A stretch of 30,128 nt of DNA from a virus. Shown here piece by piece: positions 24,586-30,116 of the stretch (positions are counted from its first letter, which is position 1; every line of letters starts with the position of its first letter). The stretch is taken from the IMG/VR virus record IMGVR_UViG_3300029905_000019, positions 1 to 30,128 of that record, one strand, 5' to 3'. The position numbers were made by a program, and so were the translations under genes. Below the pieces are notes generated by a model, which was given only the letters and a program-made list of their open reading frames with translations, ran no database searches and was not told where the DNA came from.

Positions 24586-25044
24586 ATGAATATGGAAATA
24601 TGGAAAAAAATTAAAGATTATGATAATTATTATATTTCAAATCTTGGAAATGTTAGATATAACTATTGTAAATTGAAACTATATAAAGATAAGGATGGTT
24701 ATTTACAGGTATATTTAAATCATAAACTATTTAAGGTTCATAGATTAGTTGCATTAGCATTTCTTCCAAATCCTGATAATTTGGAAGAAGTTAATCACAT
24801 TAACCAAATCAAAAATGATAATAGAGTTGAAAACCTTGAATGGATTAATCATAAAGATAATACGCAATATTCTTGCGCACATAAAGTTTCACAATATTCA
24901 TTATCAGGTGTACTACTTAATACATTCAACAGTATTAGAGATGCTGCTACTTTAACAGGTACAGATAGAAAATCTATTGCATTATGTTGTAAATGCGCAA
25001 AGAATTACAAAACCGCTAATGGCTTTATTTGGAAATATGCTTAA
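24586..25044 (+). CDS. HNH homing endonuclease (NUMOD4 - HNH_3 - NUMOD1-like HTH), short form
   Basis: YDNYYISNLGNVRY, HRLVALAFLPNPDNLEEVNHINQIKNDNRVENLEW and RDAATLTGTDRKSIALCCKCAKNYKTANGFIWKYA. The homologous start MEIW at 24592 matches the MEIE starts of the two paralogs. Confidence 0.8.
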   Translation: MNMEIWKKIKDYDNYYISNLGNVRYNYCKLKLYKDKDGYLQVYLNHKLFKVHRLVALAFLPNPDNLEEVNHINQIKNDNRVENLEWINHKDNTQYSCAHKVSQYSLSGVLLNTFNSIRDAATLTGTDRKSIALCCKCAKNYKTANGFIWKYA

Positions 25045-25056
25045 CTATTTGCTTTA

Positions 25057-25197
25057 TTAAATTATATGCTTATATTTGCCTTTGAAATGCTTGAATTGTG
25101 CGAGTTCATCAACCAACTTTGCAAAGGTGTAGTTATTTAATAAATACTCCTTTACTTGTTCCACATTTTCAAATACCTGCTTTTTAGTTCTTGCCAT
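25057..25197 (-). CDS. Small ORF (46 aa) not in the supplied track
   Basis: My own translation is MARTKKQVFENVEQVKEYLLNNYTFAKLVDELAQFKHFKGKYKHII. The composition is non-low-complexity and locally G+C-richer, and the region upstream has a terminator followed by a promoter-like stretch. Confidence 0.4.
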   Translation of the reverse strand: MARTKKQVFENVEQVKEYLLNNYTFAKLVDELAQFKHFKGKYKHII

Positions 25198-25223
25198 AAC
25201 TTTTTTATTTTTAAGGTTAATAA

Positions 25224-25237
25224 ATATTTGCAAATAT
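25224..25237. promoter_or_regulatory. Perfect 14-bp palindrome ATATTTGCAAATAT (operator-like)
   Basis: Read directly. It lies 27-40 nt upstream of the ATG at 25197 and is adjacent, on the minus strand, to TATATTTG, an exact match to the Bacteroidota -7 consensus TAnnTTTG. Confidence 0.35.
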
Positions 25238-25402
25238 CAAATATATTACGAAGTTAGAAAATAAAAAAATAATAAACAAACAATAAAGGCTGAAATAAAG
25301 CAAATAGATAATAGTAAATATCAAATAAATAAATATACTGTTATTTTTATAACAATAATATTTATCGAAAAACGATATATAATTATCGAAAAACAATAAA
25401 AA

Positions 25403-25431
25403 ATAAGATACTTTTATTAAAAGCATCTTAT
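25403..25431 (-). terminator. Rho-independent terminator after 25454..26029
   Basis: Hairpin ataagata-ctttt att aaaag-c-atcttat (one A.C mismatch) followed by tttttattg on the minus strand. Confidence 0.55.
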
Positions 25432-25453
25432 CTAAAAATATGAAAAACATTTA

Positions 25454-26029
25454 TCAAGAAATAATATAATCATTATTTAATCGCTTATTCAGATATTCTA
25501 CCAATTGAGATTGCAGTTTAGATAGATTATCTATTTTAGATTTTACTACATCAGATATATCAGTATTTACAGTATCATCATTAATATAATCTTTGATAGC
25601 CAATAATAGGTTTTTATTACTATCCAAAATATCAAGTACAGATTGGATTGACATATTATTCAGGTTATCTTTAGATTTGACGTATTGATACATATTATAG
25701 TTTAGTGATTCTGTAATAGCTTTATTAAGGTTAGACATATCATTTAGTTTAATTTGGGCTCTTATTTTTTTAATAATATCCCTGCCTACTTGTAATATTT
25801 CATTTTTCTTTGGCAGGAATGAATTAGCCACATCTAAATCTGTTAATTGTTTGAATAGTGGTATTAGTTCATTCTGAAGTGAATTCAGGTAATATTTGAA
25901 TGCATATTTTTTAGAGTATTTGAATAGTGCATCATTAATTTTATAGTGAATATCCTTTAGTTTATCTGATGTAGGTTTATTATTACATTTGATACAGGAC
26001 ATTCCAATTATATCTTCTATTTTCTTCAT
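25454..26029 (-). CDS. Hypothetical early protein; paralog of the N-terminal domain of 28424..29353
   Basis: 191 aa. ELIPLFKQL...KKNEILQVGRDIIKKIRAQI parallels ALVPIFREI...VKKDILKQAKTIIRILTAEL in the other protein. Confidence 0.55.
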   Translation of the reverse strand: MKKIEDIIGMSCIKCNNKPTSDKLKDIHYKINDALFKYSKKYAFKYYLNSLQNELIPLFKQLTDLDVANSFLPKKNEILQVGRDIIKKIRAQIKLNDMSNLNKAITESLNYNMYQYVKSKDNLNNMSIQSVLDILDSNKNLLLAIKDYINDDTVNTDISDVVKSKIDNLSKLQSQLVEYLNKRLNNDYIIS

Positions 26030-26047
26030 ATATTAATTTTAGTTAAA

Positions 26048-26458
26048 TTAGAAATTATCTTCTATATTTTGTATTGTGTTCATTATTTGTTCATATAATT
26101 CATCAGCCGTTTCATTAGGTTGGTCAGGATAATAGTATGTTTCATATTCATCTAATAGCTCTCGGAATGCTATTAAATTATGATATAAATCTTCAATATA
26201 CTTATCATCATTAAGTTTTTCTTGAGTTGGTATTTTAATAACAGTAGTAATATCTCTTAAATCATAATGATTTGAAGATAGTACAAATGCTTGATATTTC
26301 ATATCATTTAGGAAAATAGGTTTTATTCTTAAATCTAAATAATATGCCAAATTAGAAATTGGTCCATATTCATATATTTCTATTTCATTGGTAGGTGTTT
26401 CCTCTATATAATTAACAGCATCTGTTAAGTATTCTTTAAAATCATTAAAATCTCTCAT
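26048..26458 (-). CDS. Hypothetical acidic early protein
   Basis: 136-aa ORF. No motif recognised. Confidence 0.55.
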   Translation of the reverse strand: MRDFNDFKEYLTDAVNYIEETPTNEIEIYEYGPISNLAYYLDLRIKPIFLNDMKYQAFVLSSNHYDLRDITTVIKIPTQEKLNDDKYIEDLYHNLIAFRELLDEYETYYYPDQPNETADELYEQIMNTIQNIEDNF

Positions 26459-26479
26459 AGTTTATTTTTTTTTATTTTA

Positions 26480-26578
26480 TTATTTAGTTTTACTTGAAAA
26501 GTGCTTATATGCATTATAAATTTCTGATATTGTTAAAATAATCAGTAATGACAGGATAATATAGTGTAGTGTAATCAT
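26480..26578 (-). CDS. Possible 32-aa single-pass membrane peptide (not in track)
   Basis: My own translation is MITLHYIILSLLIILTISEIYNAYKHFSSKTK. It fills an otherwise empty gap in the operon. Confidence 0.3.
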   Translation of the reverse strand: MITLHYIILSLLIILTISEIYNAYKHFSSKTK

Positions 26579-26600
26579 AGTCTTAATGTTTTTTAATTAG

Positions 26601-26744
26601 TTATTTATATTTATTATATTCGTTATTTATATTATCTAAATTGTCATAATAATCAGATGACTCTTCTTTCCATTTACTGTAAAAGTACTCGTTGTCTAAA
26701 TAATTATCATTCTCATCATATATATCTATATCATCAATATACAT
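26601..26744 (-). CDS. Possible 47-aa highly acidic protein (not in track)
   Basis: My own translation is MYIDDIDIYDENDNYLDNEYFYSKWKEESSDYYDNLDNINNEYNKYK. Its ATG is 2 nt after the stop of 26746..27093. Confidence 0.4.
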   Translation of the reverse strand: MYIDDIDIYDENDNYLDNEYFYSKWKEESSDYYDNLDNINNEYNKYK

Positions 26745-26745
26745 A

Positions 26746-27093
26746 TTATTCAAATAGTTTAATTAATTCATTATTAGATAATTTTTCCAAATCTTCAAAT
26801 AAGATTGGAAAAGGTTTTTTTAATTTACCATTATCAAAGCCGATAAACAGTATTCCTGCACAGAAGCCTTTAGATAATATAAACATACACAAGTAATGAA
26901 TATCTATTTTAATATCCAAGTAATCCATTAGTGGTTGAATATACGTATATTTAAAATCAACATCCTCATCACTAATTGCTTCTATATATCTTCTATAGTC
27001 ACTTTTGCGTAAATCATTTAATTCATCATCAATTTTTCCTAATAAGTCTCTTAAGGTAAGAGCGTCATTTTCATTAAATCTCATATTTTCCAT
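26746..27093 (-). CDS. Hypothetical early protein
   Basis: 115-aa ORF preceded by the 19-nt motif at 27097-27115. Confidence 0.55.
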   Translation of the reverse strand: MENMRFNENDALTLRDLLGKIDDELNDLRKSDYRRYIEAISDEDVDFKYTYIQPLMDYLDIKIDIHYLCMFILSKGFCAGILFIGFDNGKLKKPFPILFEDLEKLSNNELIKLFE

Positions 27094-27096
27094 ATT

Positions 27097-27115
27097 TTTA
27101 TATATTTTTATTTAT
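27097..27115 (-). promoter_or_regulatory. 19-nt motif tttatatatttttatttat (copy 2), upstream of 26746..27093
   Basis: Identical to 24007-24025. Confidence 0.45.
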
Positions 27116-27129
27116 TTATTATTCATTAA

Positions 27130-27405
27130 TTATATTATTACATAAAATAATGTATTGGGGTAGGTTTTTGCTAATGATATTAACGCGCTAGCGCTATATT
27201 TTGACAAATGCCGTAAAACATTATTTATACTAACGCTGTATTTTATATTATTATAATATCTTATAAAATTATTTTGAGATGCTGTTATTGTATTTTTATT
27301 TGAATAGTAGCGTTTGATTTTTAATACAACTGTACCATCTTCATTTGTTTCGACGTAATTAACCGTTTTATATACTTTTAACATTTCAATTATTTCTTGT
27401 TCCAT
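27130..27405 (-). CDS. Hypothetical early protein
   Basis: 91-aa ORF. Confidence 0.5.
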   Translation of the reverse strand: MEQEIIEMLKVYKTVNYVETNEDGTVVLKIKRYYSNKNTITASQNNFIRYYNNIKYSVSINNVLRHLSKYSASALISLAKTYPNTLFYVII

Positions 27406-27415
27406 AGTATTTTTA

Positions 27416-27940
27416 TTATATTAATATTATTATTTCTTTTTCATTTCTATTATTGGAATAGTATAATATATCATCTTTATTAATGGTTTTTGATATAACC
27501 GTTTTCTTGTATTTTGCAGTATCATAATTTCTCATATAGTTATATGCGAAGAATTCAGCAACATTTTTATCAAGTGTCCAACTAACACCATATTGTTTAT
27601 TTCTTGATTCTGCTTTTGTCATTCCTCTATATACTTTAATATATTGTGGAAGACTGATTATATCGCCATCAATTATTTTTGAACCTGATTCATCTATTAA
27701 TGATTTATACCATTCAAAAGCTGTTCTTACTAAATCCCTATATTTATATAGATTATCAGACATTGTATAAGCATCTATTAGATTATCTATATATTGCTTA
27801 CGACTTATTATTCCTTCCATATATAGTTTAACAAATGCGGGAAATCTGTTAAAACTATCTTGAACTGTAATAAAATGGTCTAATTCATTATCAGTCATTT
27901 GCGGCTCCTTATTTACTATTGTTAAATTAACATTTCTCAT
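27416..27940 (-). CDS. ADP-ribosyltransferase-like early protein (R-S-ExE candidate)
   Basis: 174 aa with VYRG, then GVSWTLDKNVAEFFA, then a C-terminal NEKEIIILI. The order and local context are those of the Arg / Ser-x-Thr / Glu-x-Glu triad of Alt/Mod-type ARTs. The Arg-to-Ser spacing (14 aa) is shorter than in classical members. Confidence 0.35.
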   Translation of the reverse strand: MRNVNLTIVNKEPQMTDNELDHFITVQDSFNRFPAFVKLYMEGIISRKQYIDNLIDAYTMSDNLYKYRDLVRTAFEWYKSLIDESGSKIIDGDIISLPQYIKVYRGMTKAESRNKQYGVSWTLDKNVAEFFAYNYMRNYDTAKYKKTVISKTINKDDILYYSNNRNEKEIIILI

Positions 27941-27968
27941 AGTCTATTATATTTTATTTTATTATTCT

Positions 27969-27999
27969 AAAAAAAAATAACGGCTTGATAACTGCCGCC
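27969..27999 (-). terminator. Weak terminator candidate
   Basis: On the minus strand, a 4 G-C bp stem (plus 2 G.U pairs) in ggcggcag-ttatcaa-gccg is followed by ttaT9. Confidence 0.3.
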
Positions 28000-28127
28000 T
28001 TACTTGCAAATCATCAAACCGCTATTTGGAAAGTATATTAAATTATTTTTATGGGAATAAGAAAACTTCCAATTTATTATGTTTGACAAATATTAGTAAG
28101 GCTTAATATCTATCTTAATTACACCGC

Positions 28128-28148
28128 AAATATATAAATTATTTTTTT
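28128..28148. repeat. 21-nt direct repeat aaatatataaattattttttt (copy 1)
   Basis: Identical copy at 28375-28395. Confidence 0.7.
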
Positions 28149-28374
28149 AATTACCAAATTATTTTTAAAAATAATTTAAATATTTTTATTTTTTATATAT
28201 AAATATATCAAAGTTTTAAAAAGTACAAATTATTTTAATATTTTTTTATTTTTTTGTTGAATTTGGGAATCAGATATATAATATCCAATTCCCGTTTTCA
28301 ACGTCAAATAATAATAAAATAAAAACTAATATAAATAACAATGAAAGAACAAGACAATATCCAAAACTTTTTAT

Positions 28375-28395
28375 AAATATATAAATTATTTTTTT
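28375..28395. repeat. 21-nt direct repeat aaatatataaattattttttt (copy 2)
   Basis: Identical to 28128-28148. Confidence 0.7.
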
Positions 28396-28423
28396 TAAAA
28401 ACAAATTTTATTATTTTTTTGTT

Positions 28424-29353
28424 TTATATATAACGCCAAATATAGCCGCCACAGCTTTTTAACTTACCTTTACAACAAGAACAAATGTTTGATTGTGCAA
28501 TACCTGTTTGCCTTTCAGCTTCTCTACTACTTTTAAATTTTCTTATTAGTTCGCCATTTTTGCTAAATTGACCTATTTCTACTGTGTTGTCATTTTCTAT
28601 AGTGTTGTCATTTTCTACTGTGTTGTCATTTTCTACTGTGTTGTCATTTTCTATAGTGTTGTCATTTTCTACTGTGCTGTCATTATTATATTCATCGCTC
28701 ATTGCAATTGGCATATCTTTTTTAGCTTTTGGATATATTGGTTCAAGTGAATCCTTTATTTTTTGGCTATATTTTAGTAATGGTTCAACAAAAGGTTTAT
28801 CTATTTTATTAAGATAGACATTTAATATATTTTCAAAGACATATAATACATTTTGGGTCATTGGCAAATTATCGAAATGGTTATTATTTAATTCAATATA
28901 TCTTTTAATTCCGTTATAAATTGACAATCCTCGTTTTATATTATATCTAATTAAATCATTATCTCTTTTAACTTCATCAACATATAATGCGATTTCATTT
29001 AATACTTCATCATCACTAATAAATATTTTGTCTTTATAAAGTTCAGCTGTCAATATTCTAATGATTGTTTTAGCTTGTTTTAATATATCCTTTTTCACTA
29101 CATTATCATCAGTTGATTCTGTATTATAATATTTTATTTCTCGGAAAATAGGAACTAATGCTACATATAGGTATTTGCAATTATTAGCACTTGCATCATC
29201 TTGTAATTTACTTTTAATTATATCATTAGCTTTACCAAGTAAAGAGATTAATTCTTTATCAAATGTCTTTTTTTCAGTAAAAATAGTTGAGATGTTGTCT
29301 TTAAACTTACCTTGAAGTTTAATAAACTGTAATTCATTGTTATACATAATCAT
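28424..29353 (-). CDS. DNA-binding protein: unknown N-terminal domain + (ENDNT[VI])x6 linker + NUMOD1-like HTH, with no nuclease domain
   Basis: 309 aa. The C-terminal FKSSREAERQTGIAQSNICSCCKGKLKSCGGYIWRYI is the same module as the C-termini of the three HNH endonucleases. NUMOD4 and HNH motifs are absent. Confidence 0.6.
   Translation of the reverse strand: MIMYNNELQFIKLQGKFKDNISTIFTEKKTFDKELISLLGKANDIIKSKLQDDASANNCKYLYVALVPIFREIKYYNTESTDDNVVKKDILKQAKTIIRILTAELYKDKIFISDDEVLNEIALYVDEVKRDNDLIRYNIKRGLSIYNGIKRYIELNNNHFDNLPMTQNVLYVFENILNVYLNKIDKPFVEPLLKYSQKIKDSLEPIYPKAKKDMPIAMSDEYNNDSTVENDNTIENDNTVENDNTVENDNTIENDNTVEIGQFSKNGELIRKFKSSREAERQTGIAQSNICSCCKGKLKSCGGYIWRYI
28579..28686 (-). repeat. Six tandem 18-nt coding repeats (ctac/ctat tgtgttgtcatttt)
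   Basis: Units start at 28579, 28597, 28615, 28633, 28651 and 28669 in an ABAABA' pattern. The last unit is degenerate. Confidence 0.9.
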
Positions 29354-29569
29354 TTTATTTTTAATTATAAATATCTTGTATTTCTAAAAAATACCATTTT
29401 TTAGTAAAAATATTTTTATTTTTAATAAAAAACAAATTATTTTTAAAAAAAATAATAACTTTTTAAACTAATGTGATATTTATTATATGAATAACCTAAA
29501 TAAAGGTTGTTTTTTAATATAAAAAAATATATATTTATATAAAAAGAGATTGTAAATCTTATTTTAACG

Positions 29570-29930
29570 TTCTTTGGAAACTTTACACATATCAAACAGG
29601 AAATGATGCTTGTTAATCTGTTTGATATAGAACGAGCCTTAAACCCACTGTAACGAGTAATAGGGAAGGTTCAGACATCGGGTGTGGTCTTCATAAATAT
29701 TGATAGAGCACTTGCTACAAACCCCGATAGTGTAGAAAATGATAGAGGTGATGAAGTTGAATTGTTATCCATTTGCAAGCTTTGAGGAAAATGGATACTT
29801 CTTATAGGTTGAGGAATCTATAAGATTTGGTAATACTGACGTAAATTAGACTCACAATTCAATAAGACCTACTATTGAGTAGCCGTTTGAGATTGCATTA
29901 AGGGGTTTTGTATCTATACCTGAAGTACTT
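29570..29930. ncRNA. Candidate structured RNA or cis-acting element (class unknown)
   Basis: A G+C-elevated island inside a 775-nt ORF-free region. Perfect helices: 29589-29599/29618-29628 (11 bp), 29766-29774/29789-29797 (9 bp), 29800-29807/29818-29825 (8 bp) and 29677-29682/29723-29728 (6 bp). One stacked helix needs a G.U pair that exists only in the plus sense. Confidence 0.3.
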
Positions 29931-30047
29931 AAAGATATTCTAAGTATTAAATATCATATAATATATAATAAATTGAATTAAATTATATTTTATGATAGAT
30001 TAAGAAAAAAGAAAAGACAATTCAATTCAATTCTATACAATATCCAA

Positions 30048-30116
30048 TACCTATTGGAACAATCATTAAAGATAATTATAACTTAATGCAACCTTATAAG
30101 ATAATTCCAATAGGTA
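30048..30116. repeat. 12-bp inverted repeat tacctattggaa / ttccaataggta separated by 45 nt
   Basis: Read directly: 30048-30059 against 30105-30116. The left arm is itself part of the near-palindrome ccaata-cc-tattgg (30044-30057). Confidence 0.6.

Noticed and set aside
25217-25450. 77-aa minus-strand ORF (MFFIFLDKMLLIKVSYFLLFF...)
   Set aside because: The composition is almost only Phe, Ile, Leu, Tyr and Asn, from an A-rich intergenic tract. A hairpin plus U-run terminator (25403-25431) lies inside it. The region also holds short direct repeats (ttatcgaaaaac twice; aaatatcaaata twice) and a palindrome. It is more likely regulatory DNA than a gene, although a tiny membrane protein cannot be excluded.
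28083-28111. Sigma-70-like TTGACA ... TAATAT on the plus strand in the intergenic region
   Set aside because: The spacer is 15 nt for TAATAT, or 17 nt only for the weaker ATATCT. No plus-strand gene or obvious RNA lies downstream. Such hexamers are expected by chance in A/T-rich DNA, and the likely host group does not use this consensus.
28579-28686. Six 18-nt direct repeats considered as a possible CRISPR or other non-coding array
   Set aside because: The units are contiguous with no spacers, in frame, and translate to ENDNT[V/I] inside a long ORF. This is a coding tandem repeat.
4878-28817. Other shadow ORFs in the track that overlap stronger ORFs, mostly on the opposite strand: 4878..5180, 6141..6374, 6686..6883, 7039..7230, 8460..8711, 10823..11029, 11045..11296, 11131..11316, 12152..12373, 12494..12694, 13793..13990, 19843..20118, 20338..20748, 20729..20923, 20985..21260, 22264..22458, 24188..24436, 26657..26896, 28568..28750, 28584..28817
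   Set aside because: Each lies wholly or mostly inside a longer ORF that has recognisable motifs or operon context. Their products are low-complexity (Phe/Ile/Leu/Ser/Cys-rich), as expected from reading AT-rich coding DNA in the wrong frame or strand.
29661-29685. tRNA-like T-arm (gggaaggttcagacatcggg contains GGTTCAGAC)
   Set aside because: The flanks do not form a 5-bp T-stem, and no acceptor, D or anticodon arms can be drawn. I found no tRNA anywhere in the window.
29671-29772. 33-aa minus-strand ORF (MDNNSTSSPLSFSTLSGFVASALSIFMKTTPDV) inside the G+C-rich island
   Set aside because: It is too short to explain a ~360-nt compositional island and has no upstream motif like those of the other genes. 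It is kept only as an alternative to the RNA hypothesis.
29834-29845. Hammerhead-like CUGA box (actgacgtaaat)
   Set aside because: The sequence is CUGACGU rather than CUGANGA, and no matching GAAA core or three-stem junction could be placed.
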